The translations under genes were made by a program, and so were the position numbers. Shown piece after piece: positions 38,301-51,501 of a DNA stretch of 64,000 nucleotides (positions are counted from its first letter, which is position 1; each line of letters opens with the position of its first letter). This stretch comes from Callorhinchus milii (Eukaryota). The notes under the pieces were generated by a model that worked only from the letters and a program-made list of their open reading frames with translations, was not told the DNA's origin and searched no databases. Location: NCBI RefSeq assembly GCF_018977255.1, contig NW_024704743.1, positions 83,702,001 through 83,766,000 of the forward strand, read 5' to 3'.

Positions 38301-39854
38301 AGCACTGTATTGACACAGGTACTGCCTTCTAAAATAGACATTGGATGAAGGGCTTATCTGCATTTTCCTCCAGGGCATCCCATAACACTATCTGGAAAAG
38401 GGGAATTTCTCCTTGTGTCATTGTGTGCAGTGGTGGCTCTTCCGTTGAGGCTAATGAGGCAAGACATAACCTAGTGAGCATTGCGAGACTGGTGCAGGAG
38501 AGAGCAAGGCCAGCTAAAGGCGTTAAGCCAAATGTAAGGATTCTTCTTATTATTATCTATCTTCTGAGATGTTTTTCTGGCATAAGAAGCCATTTGCGCT
38601 GGAATTGTCCAAATGAACACTTTTTTCACACCCAGAGTAGTATTGGATTACAGCATTTAACTGTTTCTTTGCATCCGGGCAGATGGCTCGCAATGGTCTG
38701 TTCCCTGTGTTCCCAGGTAATTGGGACAGAACGTCTTCCCAGGTTAAAGCTTTTCTTCACTGTTAAGCTGCCAGATCTCTGAACATTGTGGACCTAATGT
38801 GCTCCGAATGAATTATCTGGTCTCAGTAATGTAAATGATTGGAAACACTCTGGATTTTGAGTTTCTGAACTAGCAGAGATCAAACAATATTTTATTGGTC
38901 CGTGTTTTAAACCCCTGCACGAAGTGCTGCATGAACCTTCCAGACTTTTTTTGGTGTATTTTTTACATTTTGAAAAAAAGAGCTATACACGGGAGTTAAA
39001 CACAATTTTAATAACCAGTGGTCACAGAATTGCTAGCTTTAACCTACCTAGACAAGAGCTTAAACCTCAGCAGGTCTGATCTTTCCGTAAACTGGTACAT
39101 AACCAGCTTAAATGTGACTAAAGCCAGCCATAATACAATGGTGTCAAAGGGGAGAGGACAAGGCTGCTGATAGATGACTCCTGCGCACAATCTCTGCCTT
39201 TGAAACACAGTGGCCTCAGTGACAAAGCTGCTTACACAGCAAGTAGGTTACATTAGTACCAGCTACCGTTAGTTGCACTCGCCCTTCATTCCTACAACAC
39301 GCTGGCTTTTGTGTAGCAATGCTGATGAAGTAAGACTTGTGCTAGCTTTGAATGGTTAGCTGCGGAATGCTGGGAGGAAGAAAAGAGATGCAATTATACA
39401 AACATCGAGAGAGAGAGAAAGAAAGAAAGATTTCAGACTGCTACAAGAAAACATTTAAACGAGGGACAGTTTTAAAATTCTCGCTGGCACATCCATGCAA
39501 AGTAGGCTCCGACAGACTCCTGAAGCAGTTTACTTTGCCTTCCAGGTCAGATTACACTATGTTTAGCTGTTTCATGAAAGCAAATGAGTAAAAAAGTACG
39601 GGCAAACATGAAAACTCTGTACTGTCATAAATTTGCATAAATTGCTCTTATTCTTTTCTAACTGCAAACTCCCTAAATTTCTCTCATCCTTCTCCAGGTC
39701 TCCAATACCACGCCCATCCCTCACCAGATCTCTAACACTGGGACCACACCACATCCTCTATCCTCTCTAAGTCCCTGAGACCATAAACCATTCCTTGCCA
39801 GGACACAACCCATCCTTCACCACGTCTTCAGGACCATACACTCCACTGTTTCCA

Positions 39855-40275
39855 GGTTTGGTAGCACTTTCGCATCTGAGTCAGAAGGTTGTGGGTTCAA
39901 GTTCCACTTTGGGACTTGGAATCACATAGTCTAAGATGATAGTCCAGTGCAGTGTGTTAAATTGTTGGAGGTGCCGTCCTTTGGATGAGATGTTAATCCA
40001 AGGTCCTGTCTACCTGTTCAGGTGGATATTAAAGATCCCATGGCACTATTCAAAAAGAGAAAGGAGTTTCCCCCAGTGTCCAGGCCAACAATCCTTCAAA
40101 ATAAAATTGGTCACTCACTCCATGGCTGTTTGTGGGACATTGCTGTGTGCAACTGGTTGCCATATTTGCCCACAAAATGCAGTTAATCCACTTTATAGCA
40201 TATCCTGTGAAATGCTTTGAGATATCTCAATGATGTCAGAAAGCGCTATATCAAATGCAAGGATTATTATTATTT
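39855..40275 (+). mobile_element. Deu-domain SINE (SacSINE1-like), best-preserved copy
   Basis: tRNA-like head (ggtagcact..tctgagtcagaaggttgtgggttcaagt), Deu-like core ctttggatgagatgttaa...taaagatcccatggcactatt, shared L2 tail. Further copies at about 8112-8440, 12385-12690, 23515-23835, 38185-38415, 43005-43260, 43660-44195, 45335-45720, 50140-50950, 52940-53292, 57078-57300 (+) and 29690-29975, 40340-40530, 55095-55460, 60545-60950 (-). Confidence 0.8.
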
Positions 40276-43260
40276 GATACAGCGCCCTATCACATCATTG
40301 AAACTCCAGGATTCCCTTCTCTTTTTAATTAGTGTCGGCAGGCTATTTGAATCATGCCACGGGATCTTTAACGTCCACATGAATAAGCAGATGGGATCTC
40401 AGTTTAACGTCTCACTTGAACGACAGCACCTCCGACAATGCAATGCTTCCCCAGTATTGTGTCAGTGTAGACTGTGAGTTCAAAGTATCGATGTGGGACT
40501 TGAATCTGTAACTTTCTGACTCAGAATCGAGAGTGTTATTAACAGTGAGGAAGGGCATCCCCCAGTTACCATCATCTAACGTTAAATTTTTCACTTCATG
40601 GTTTACACAATTACCCAATAGATCCAAAGAGGCAGGAATGTTTCAGCCTTCCTTGTTCACCTATAAACACAGTCAATTCACATTGTCCCTACACTTTACA
40701 GTAAATTCCACAGAGCACTTTGATAAATTTTGACAATATGTATCAAATACAAGGATTATTTTTTTATTTAAAACTCATTTCTCCTTACTAAAATTTATTG
40801 CGTTCCAGAATGACGTTGTTTCTGGAGATGTAGGAAATCAAGGCTAAATTTTGCTCAAACAATTCCAAAGTCAGCTTCTTCGAAAATGAGCTCTCAAATT
40901 ATAGAAATTGTTTTTTTACAAGAAAAGCTTCAATAAGACATCAGATATCGCTGAATACATGTGCCTAGTGATGGAAACAGCAGGTTTTAAAGCAAATACT
41001 AAATATGAGTGCAGCAGGAAGTAGAGATGCTGGAGAAAATTAAAGTATGAGGAAACGGGGTGGGGGGCTTTATTCTGTGGTATTTATTTGAAGGACATTC
41101 GCTCCCACTTCTTTGAGCACCCCATCTAAGAAGTTAATAAGAGCGCCCTCTATTGGACAGTCGCATGGACAATTTACGCAGTTTATTTTTTCCATCCATC
41201 TGTAAACAAGTAGAAGAAATTATTTTACCCAATTTTACACAGTGGATTCTGTGCTAATTGTCCACTTTGGAATGAGTAAAGTTCAATTGTTTTACATGGT
41301 AAAGTCAACAGTTATGTGGATAACGGTCATTCAGGAAACAAACAATATAACTCGCTGGGCGTGCCTCAGACTGAGACTCACTTTATAAGAACATGACACA
41401 GAGTAGCCCAGCATGAGGTCGGAGGCAACATATGGAAAGCTAGGAGTGGAATCAAGGCAGAAACATTTGGAAGAAATCTATAAGTAGTTTTGCAAAGATA
41501 CAATTTTATGTAGCCCCACAGACGGGAATGGGCCTGAGAGACTGAGCGACCCACTACAAACAAAAATCCATGAATATGTTCACCAAGGGAATAAAGAGAT
41601 TGTCTCTTTTGGCAAGGAGAGTTACACAGAAAGCATAATTAGTAACACATGGTTGTCTATCCTGGGGGCATGGATGAATATTGCAACAAAACACAAAATG
41701 CTGCAGATGCTGGAAATCTGAAACAAAAACAGAGTGAGCTGGGAACACTCAGCAGGTTAGGCAGCATCTATGGAGAAAGGAAAGTGAGTCAACTGGAATA
41801 TTGTAAGTTTTGCTTGATTACATTTGGGCATGAGGGAATATTTATGCAGACATGTTTCTTTCAGATACTAAATGGATGGCATGGAGCTCCCAATAGGCTG
41901 GCCATAGTCTATAGAAGAAGCAGGCTTGCTGGGCCAAATTGCTTATTCTAAGGTAAATTGCCTAACCCCAAGGAAGAGATCAAGATTTGAATGCTCGTAA
42001 TACTCTGTTGTTGACTCACTATCTTTCATTGCACAGCACAGGCAAGTCATCAATTTACTGTGAACTTACTGCCATTTTTCATACTCTTTTGCATTTTCAG
42101 AATTTATTAATTCAGTTCAAACAATAGTGCAAAACTGCATTGCTGCAATGGGCTCACCTTAGCACATGTGGTATTATCGCTCTCATTACATGCTGCACCA
42201 CTGACCCCAGTGCACACAAGGAGCAGCATTGTTCTCATTGCACATTGAGTTTGCTCCAGTCGACTGCTGCAGAATTGCACTCATCACTAATATAACAGCA
42301 AAAGGTCTGGTACACATATTTATTGAAACCGAAGAAGTTTCAACATGTCCAAGGCTCAGAGGAATGTGCTGAATGTCTGTGCACACTATGAGTGCAATTG
42401 AGCTGAGATCACTGTAATAAGGAGAAAAGATACCCACAGGTACAGCTACAATTTCATCAAACCTGCTGTAACTCAACTCAGCATTGCTAAGAAAGAAGCA
42501 GAGAATCACTTCAGAGAATAAGTGAAAAACTCCCGAGATGTTCTTTTTGTAATTTATCTGGAGTTCAAATAAAGACCTGCTGCAACATTGCACATAGATC
42601 GTTGGAATTTACTTTGAGTCATTGTTTTTGGAGTAGAGATGGACGGGAGCTCTCGCCTGCCACACAATTGAGTATTTCAGTGATACAATCTCTCCAGAGA
42701 CATAGGCAGATTGAGAACAATAGCAACAAGCGATTAATAATCAACCACTCTCCAAAGTCTGGCTCACGGTATAATGTATTTTAACACGAATGCGATAAAA
42801 TAAGGCCCTAACACTCTACACACAGGTTTGTCATGTTCTCTAAACACTACACTTACATTCCTTTGCGATGAAGGCAGTGCAACTCTGTCAGGAACATGTA
42901 ATAAAGAGCATCTGGAACACTCGTCAGATGCACTGGGACTGATGTCAGGTCTATTCTAAATTTGTTAGCCTGGCTCTTGCCTTTGAATCAAAGATTTATT
43001 CATCCATCCTTTGCATGAGACAAAGTCCTGCCTGTTCAGGTGGATGTTAAAGATCCCATGGCACTATTCAAAATGAGAATGGAGTTTCTTCCAGTGTCCC
43101 GGCCGCCAACAATACCCAAAATAAGATTGGTCACTCACTCCATGGCTGTTTGTGGGACATTGCTGTGTGCAAGCTAGCTGCCGCGTTTCATCCACAAAAT
43201 GCAGTCAATCCACTTTACAGTATATCCTTTGAAGCACTTTGAGACGTTTCAACAAAATGA

Positions 43261-43612
43261 TATAATATAAACCTTGCATTTGATATAACACCATATCACA
43301 TCTTCGAGACAACTCAATGCTCTTCACAGAATATACTGTAAAGTGAATTGACCGTATATTTTGTGGGTGAAACGCGGCAGCCAATTGCGCACAGCAGTGT
43401 CCTACAAACCGTCTTGGATAGAGTGACCAATTTTTTATCATTATTTTTTTTGAAGGAAATATTATCCCTGGAAAAGCCAATTGACTAACAATCGGGTTCT
43501 TACTTACTGCTAGGTAAACAGAGGTGTGTGGAATAAGGAAACTTGCCCAAAGTTTCCCCTTGCGAGGAATCAAACCCAGGTCTCTCGCTTGCGAGGCAAG
43601 TGCTCTAATCAC
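43261..43612 (-). mobile_element. tRNA-Ala-headed SINE, long variant, inserted antisense into a Deu-domain SINE tail (43005-43645)
   Basis: Reverse-complement family match; host tail ctatatcaaatgcaag resumes at about 43620. Confidence 0.85.
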
Positions 43613-46600
43613 ATTATACACTATATCAAATGCAAGAATTATGTTTATCATTTATTATAAGTTATGGGTTCAAGCCAGACATCAGGACTTTGAGCCCACT
43701 GTCTGGGCTGACACTGTAGTTCTGCTCCAAAGGAGTGCTGCACTGTTGGAGCTACTGTCCTTTCGATGGAACATTTAACTGAAATCCCATCTATACGTGC
43801 AGATGGTCACCATTCAAAAGAAGTGAGCTCCTGCAGCTGTGCAAGCCAAACACACAGTCACTACAGTGCTTTGAGATGTTTCAATGTCATAGGTGCTGCA
43901 ACAAACACAAGGATGATTATTATCCAATGCAATTACTCCAATGCAGTCGGAGGTGCCTGATCTGGTAGATCTTAAAGATCTCATGGCACTATTTGTCATG
44001 GCCAACAATCCCCCAAATTAAATTGGTTATTTATGTTATGACTGTTTGTGGGACATAGCTGTGTGGAAATTGGCTGGCATGTTTGCCTAAAAATACAGTT
44101 ACTACACTTCACAGTAAAATTCTGTGAAGAGCTTTGAGACATCTTGATGATGTGATTAGGCGCTATACCAAATGCAAGGAATATTACTATTATTAAAGTC
44201 CAGGTTTCCCAGCTCTGGATCTCCGAAGCCCTGACCTAGAATCAGATCTTCTACTCCTTATACATAGAGGAGATCAGATTCTATATTGAACAATCTCAGT
44301 ACCAGAACAAGCAAGGTTGTTGTTGGTTTGGTCCCCAGCTGGAACTGGAAACACTTCACCTCGTCCAGGGATTTCTGTGCACATCAAATACCTGACTACC
44401 AAAAAAACACAGCCTCACTTTTTTTTCAGTCAGGGTTGGATTTGGAAAATTGCGCAAACTGAACAAAGACAGAGAATGATTTTGTTGTAAGATTAATCAG
44501 GAGCTGGGTGCTTTGATTCCAGTAACAGTCAAGACGAGCTTTAGGTTACCAGAGCTGACATACAATGGCACAGAACTGTTCCGGTACTATCGCAGGCTCC
44601 AATTTAAATTCATACTGTATTATAACAATAAAAATTATACATACATGGTATCGCACTTTATCATGTTGTCAAAATATCTCAAATAAGTAGGATTGCTACT
44701 TAAGTAGCCGTTGGCGGATTGCTTTCTAGAGGTAATAATGCCTCAAAAAAAATTGGTCACTGAAATACACGACTGTATGTGGGACACTGCTGTGCGCAAT
44801 TGGCTGCTGTGGTTTGCCCACAAAATACACAGTCTATATTCTATGAAGCACTTTGAGATGTCATAATGACATGATAAGGCGCTCTATAAAATGCAAGGAT
44901 TATTATTATAAACAGAGGAGAACGGAGGATAGGTGGTTTGAGGCCAAATTGATAGGCTGTATATTTTCAGTGAGAGCGCACCACAGTGTGGTCTCAGTGG
45001 TATTGCAACACCATCACTGCAACGCACATGTCCTGAAGGTGTGGCTGACTGACTGATTCACCACAATTGTGTACTTTAGTGGTTCTGAAGAAAACAGGCG
45101 ACCATTTGTCTGATGAAAGTAGTTTGCGGTGAGGTTGGAAAGAGCAAATACTGAATAGATTTCAGGGCTGTTGAAATCTGGACTAGTTCTGTGCACACTT
45201 AAAAATAGTAAAAATAATGAAAACTAAATCCTCGTTTTGTTTGTTGATTTTGTGATTTAATAACCCTAGTTATCAGAACAGACACTGAAAGTACTATTTG
45301 GTGGTACCCAATACTTCTATTGTAAACTATTAATTAGCAGCACTCTCGCCTCTGAGTGAAGGTTGTGGGTTCAAGCCCCATGTTGATGCTTTCAACTCAT
45401 GAACAACACTGACATTCTATTACAGTGATAAACTGCCCTGTGTTATTGTGGGTGCTGTTTTTTGAAGGAGTCATTGATCCAAGTTCTCATAGCACTATTC
45501 TAAGAGTAAAGGGAGTTTCTCCCAGTGACTTGGCTAACAATCCTCCAGATAAAATTGATAATTCACTTCATGGCTTTTTGTGCGATATTGGTCTGTGTAA
45601 ATTGACTGCCATGCTCACCTACAGAACTCACTTTTTACAGCAAATCCCATAAAGCACTTCACGATGTCCTCCTGACATGAAAGGTGCTATACAAGGATAC
45701 AAATACAAGGATTATTAATTCTGATTCACTCACACCCTTTTCCCCATTGCTATGGAGTATTTAATCATTTAAGCCAATTGTAATCATTAATCCTTGACCA
45801 AAAGCCTATGCATACTAGATGTGCTGTGTTAACAACAGGAAATTCTCTAAATGACACAAAAAGTAGAGTAAAGAACAGTTCTATTTTAAAACTACAATTT
45901 GGCAAAAATCAGGTGCATTTTGCTTTCTCAGTAGTTTTCCATTACAGTAATGGGAGTGAACTACTTAATTTTTTTATACAAAAAGCAGTATAAAACGCTG
46001 GATCTATTTGTTAATGAAAGTCATTCAGGGCAATTTGCCAGATAGGAAGACTGAAAATAAGAGACCCTGATTAACTGTACTGATGTCCCTAAAGATACAT
46101 CTTCTCTCTCACGAAGAAGTTATTTTAATCCATTATTTTTTAATGGCAAGACCACATTTGAGAAAATGAGGTGTAAACACACACTATTTGCTGCTGTTAG
46201 AAACTTCTACACGTGGGATTTAGCATCACGAGTGCAGAACAAAATGTTCCTCTGGTACTAAGAGGGCAGCAATAGGTCTTTAGGGCACAGATGTGCTGGA
46301 GGAGTCAAAGAGTAAGAGGATCAATTTGTAGACCATTAGTTATGAACATGATTTGCTGCTGATAGCAAATGCTGAGATCCAGACTGATTAAGCAGATAGG
46401 GATAAAGAGTGGCAGATGAAGTTTAATGGATATTAAAGTAAGACAACACAAATTGGAACAAAAAAATGTGTACTCTATAAAGATCTGATCATTCGTATTG
46501 GTGCAGAAGAAAAGGAGCTAAGTGTATTCTCACTGGGAAGCAGAACCCTGGAAAGGGAATAGAATTAAATAGAATTGTACAACATGGAAACAGGCCAACT

Positions 46601-48429
46601 GGTCAGTGCCAGGCATCCAGGTTCTTAAACTTCGGATGGGTTGTGAATATGTAATGTAACTCATCCACTTGGCTTGGACAGTGCACATAAGCAAGAAGGT
46701 ATGTAGGTGTAAAATGAACATGCCTTATGCAAACCTAGACTGTGGAAGCAATGTTTATCTTCCATACGTGCTGCATCCATTACACCGTGAAAATATGTTA
46801 GGAATGCGATTCACAATTACAGAGATTGGCACTAACTGAATTACTACATAGCTATCAGTTTGAAGGGGAGGGGAGTGAACTGACACGTGCTCTGAAGAGC
46901 CAGCCTCCAACAGCCCTGTCCTGCCATGCACAATTTGTTCCTTACAATCTCACTATAAAAAATGTTAAAGTACAGTGTAGGTGTTTGGGCGTCAGACTGC
47001 CTCAGTCGGTAGCACTCTCACCTCGCGTCAGAAAGGTTGTGGGTTCAAATCCTGTGTCAAATGACAGCATGAACAGTACAGTGCGTCAATCTGCATACGG
47101 CTATCTCTAGTTAAAGGAGGAAGTGAAACCACAGTGAGCCTATTTTTGTTATGACACTTATATTTGCATGAAGAAGAACTTCTCAAGGCCCCTTCCTGCA
47201 CCCTAGAACATTTCTGGCACATGAAAAGAAATCTCAAGTCCTGCCCAGTAAGGAAGGAGGTGCTTACAAGTAAACACTCACTACACTTGACATCAATTAC
47301 CTGTAAAGTGCTTTGTGATGTTTCAACATTATAGATGCTACACAAAATGGATGTAGTACAAGTTACTATATGCTTCATTAAGTAACTCTTAGATACAATC
47401 TACCATCTAACAGTTGCCTTGGTAGCAGAATTTTCCCTGTCAAGCACACATACATTCCAAGTATCTAGGCCGTCTGGTAATTGATTAGATGGTAGGTCTG
47501 TAAGGATTTATAACTGGAAACAGAGTGGGTCAACACTTCAGCTTTTGTTCTCTCAGTGCTACTACGACTGCAGAAATAAGAATTGTTTTTCTGGGGTGGA
47601 GGGGGCGGGGAGGTAAGAAGGGTCTCCTGCCTGAGCTGCCTTCAAGACTGAGTGCCTGGCAATGAGATATTGAAATTTAGTTGACTCTTTGTGGTGGTCT
47701 TGGTAGTCCGGTTCCAAGCCAAGCAGGTCTGCAGTACTCCAGGGCACTACTGGTGGCAGACCAGCCAGCCTGGATTGTAGGAAGGACTTGGAGAGGCATA
47801 ATAGTCAATGGAGAACGGGATTCTTCTCCCTCAGCTCCTGTTAATCCTGCAAGCTAAACCCCGAACAGGTAAGCAGCAGGAAGCCTGCCAGGCAGGACTT
47901 TCAATAGCAAGCTGTGAGGTTGTGGCCGATTAGACTCCATCAGTACCCCAACGCAAACTTTGGGGCACCAAATTTTGGCTCTTGCCGACCTGTGCCTAAT
48001 ACTCTCTAGAATTAGGGAAGCAGAATGCTTACCTCCAAGGAGAGTGTGTGAACAGCAGAGGTGGGAACCTGTGTGGAATATAATGACTGATATGGACTTG
48101 TTGGGCAGAATGGCCTATTTCTGTGCGTATCACTCTGCATAACTCTGTAATCAGGTAGATGAAACATTAGTAGTCGTGGCAATGAATGAGCAGAGTGAAG
48201 AGGATGAGGGTTACAGTTTACTTCTACTTTCTGTCTTTTAAGGGCACTGAAATAAAATGGTAGACGTATGAATAAAAAGCTGTGTGGGAGGAGTAGAAGG
48301 AGAAGGATCTTTCCCAGTTTTAACTTTGTTTAAAAAAAGGACTTTTTTTAAAAGTATGTTTTAATGTACTGTTCTAGTACATTACTGCTTTACTGCTTTG
48401 TGTACTGTACTGTTTTCTAACAGTGGAAA

Positions 48430-49144
48430 CAGTGGAATCCGCTTTTGCCGGATGTCGGGTAAATCGAACAAAAGCTCCAGAGCCGATTGATTTGTAATCT
48501 TAGCTGTTGTCAACGTGCCTCTTAACTTGGATGAAAATCTGGTTAATCTGGACAAAATGCTGTGCTGGTCGCCACTGAATGTATTCGCTTGTGTCTTCTG
48601 TGTGTCGAGCCTTCAGCCATGAGGATGTAGATGGGAGGAGTCAAATTGCGATTGACAACAGACTCCAGACATTCACAAGTGGCTGGAGTTGTGCTGTCAG
48701 TCAGTGAGGTGGCAGAGGAATAGGGAAGAACAAGGGAGGGAATATCGCGATTGATTGACAGCTGAGCCTCTTGTGAATGGTTGAAGCCCATTCATTCACA
48801 AGCTGCTGTGGGCAGTTAATCACCTACGCACCACTGCTGAATGCTCCCTTCCCGTCCAATGGGAACGGCAATGGGAGAGAGGAAGTCCCGCAGCTGCACC
48901 TCTTCTGGACGGGAAAGTGCTGTGTTTTGCAGCCAAACAAAAGTAAATCTATTTTACTGAATTGAGTGAGAGTATTTTAACTTTAACTGGTTAGTAAACA
49001 TTGCTTCAAGTGGAATAACATTATTACATATTACTATACAGAGTGCCATAGCTCCTCTGCTGGATGGGAATGGCTAACCTCGGTCACCTTTTAAGTTGGA
49101 CAAAATGTCCGTCCCGATTCGTTCAGCTTAATCAGCTTCCACTA
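48430..49144. mobile_element. Tigger/pogo-like non-autonomous DNA transposon
   Basis: Imperfect termini CAGTGGAATCCGCTT / AATCAGCTTCCACTA followed by TA; CpG-richer interior. Confidence 0.5.
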
Positions 49145-49799
49145 TATAAGTGGATGAGAAGTGGCAGTGGATTAATCCACTGTATAAGTATTTATCATCA
49201 ATGAAATGACCTTAATGAAGAATAATCTACACAATTTGCAACTGTAATTTATCAACTGCCTTTCATATTACATATTGTATTGGCTCAAAGCGCTTAACAC
49301 ATGGAGTAACTCAGCTCAGGGTCAAACCTGAACATCAATGCCATCTTGTTCAGTCTGAGTGAGCAGCCAAGGATGAATCAGAGTCAAAGCACGTAGGTAT
49401 TGGTGAGAACTAAACAAGATGATTGAATCTTGTTGACATTCAGTTGTAGCAAGGTTTGTTTAACCCAAGACCTAATGTCACAGTCTGAGAATCAAGGGTG
49501 TCGTTTAGAGGTGGAGGATTGGTGGCGAGAACACTGGAAATTTCCCGCCTTGGATAGTATCATAACATCCACTTGAATAGGCAGATGGGATCTCAGTTTA
49601 ACATTGCATCTGAAGAACAGCTCGCTGCAATGCAGCAATCATCCAGAATTAGACACGAGAATCAAACTGAGCTCAAATTCCCTATAGTAAGTTTAAACCA
49701 ACAATTCTGACCCAGTGAAAAGTATGCTACCAATTGAGCATCATTTAAAGAACACTGTATCACACTTACATTGCCAGCCTCGGAACATCTTAATATTGT

Positions 49800-50068
49800 G
49801 GAGTCCTGTAGTTCAGTGGTTAAAGCACTCACCTCGCAAGCGAGAGACCTGGGTTTGATTTCCTGCAGGGCGCAATCCCTCAAGAAAAATACCATAATAT
49901 ATTGGTCACTTCAATCCATGACAGTTTGTGGGACACTGCTGTGTGCAATTGGCTGCTGCGTTTCGCCCACAAATACACAGTCAATTCACTTTGCAGTATA
50001 TTCTGTGAAGCGCTTTGAGATGTCTAGAAGACATGAAAAGCACTATATCAAATGCAAGGATTATTATT
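49800..50068 (+). mobile_element. tRNA-Ala-headed SINE, internally deleted
   Basis: Head joined almost directly to the shared 3' body. Confidence 0.88.
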
Positions 50069-50236
50069 TTTTAGTACTCTCAACATTCAATTCATGTTCT
50101 TAACCATTTATACAACACTTTCACATCTTAATGTCTTTGTGTCAGCTTGGCTCAGTTGGTAGCACTCTCGCCTCTGAGTCAAAAGGTTGTGGGTTCAAGC
50201 CCCAGATTGGGACTTGGAATTTATCTTGTATAAGCT

Positions 50237-50573
50237 ATAATAATATAATAATAATCCTTGCATTTGATATAGCGCTTATCATGTCTTCTCGACGTCTCAA
50301 AGCGCTTCACAGAATAGATTGTAGAGTTAATTGACCGTATATTTGTGGGCGAAACACGGCAGCCAATCGCACACAGCAGTGTCCCACAAACAGTCGTGGA
50401 TTGAAAATGACCAATTTATTATTGTTTTGTTTTGGAGGGATTATTATTAGGTGTGTGGAGTAAGGAAACTTGCCCAAGGTTTCGCCCTGCCTGGAATTGA
50501 ACCCAGGTGTCTCACTTGCAAGGCGTGTGCTCTAACCACTGAGCTACAGGACTCCATTGAGCTACAGGACTCC
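50237..50573 (-). mobile_element. tRNA-Ala-headed SINE nested in a Deu-domain SINE (50140-50950)
   Basis: Full-length with a partly duplicated head; AAGCT on both flanks (50232-50236, 50574-50578). Confidence 0.92.
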
Positions 50574-51425
50574 AAGCTGATACTCAAATGCAGTGCTGGA
50601 GGTGTGCTGTATTGTTGCATTGTTGGAAATGCCGTCCTTTGGATGAGATGTTAAATCAAGGCCCCATTTGCATGTTCAGGTGGACATTAAAGATCGCATG
50701 GCACTATTCGAAAAAAGAAGAGGGTTTCTCCTAGTGCCTTAGACAACAATTCCACAAATAAAATTAATGATTCACTTCATGGCTAATTGTTGGACACTGC
50801 TGTGCACAAATTGGCTGTCATATTTGCCTACAAAATACAAAGTCATTACACTTTAGAGTATTACCTGTGAGGCGCTATGAGACGTCCTCCCAACATTGAA
50901 AGGCACTATATCAAATCTAAGGATCATTATTATTATTAATAATAATAATTATTAATAATGATAAATCACTTTACAGACACTGTGCAGGGGAGGGTGGGAG
51001 ACAGTTCAACAATGTAGGAGGGTGATCCACAGTATGTTGATGCAATGATTATCACATCACATTTTCCTCAATAATCACTAATTCAAGCTAGGATCACTGC
51101 TGCTGTCAGTAGCTGCAACTTTGAGCACAACTGAGTGGATTCTCCAGGTTGCTTTCTTTCTGTCAAATGTCATCACTACACCCATCTAAAATTACCCCAA
51201 GCACATTCCACTCAGTCCCTCTCTAGAATACATCCCCTTCCATGGTGAAATAGAACGAAGAAAAGTTATTGTTATCAACTGTGATATTTCCCTACACAGA
51301 TTTTACCCAGCTGAATACTGATGGAAGGCCCCGATACTATCTGGGAATATCCCCTGTATTCCTGGTATTCCCTGATAGTTGTAGCTTCTTTTGCAACTCC
51401 ACACCAATACATGGTAGGTACATAC

Positions 51426-51501
51426 CAAAAACCTCATTCTCCTCTGGTGGATCCATGGTCAGGTTCAGTGGTGACTTGTCTTCGTTCCTGTTGTTGGGTG
51501 A
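51426..51501 (-). CDS. MBP: Golli-specific internal coding exon of Golli-MBP, 76 nt, SPNNRNEDKSPLNLTMDPPEENEVF+G
   Basis: Polypyrimidine acceptor ttctatctttcctttcag|TCA and donor TTTG|gtatgt. EENEVF matches mammalian Golli EDNEVFG. Phase 0 in and phase 1 out fits the phase-1 start of the next exon at 20689. Confidence 0.9.
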
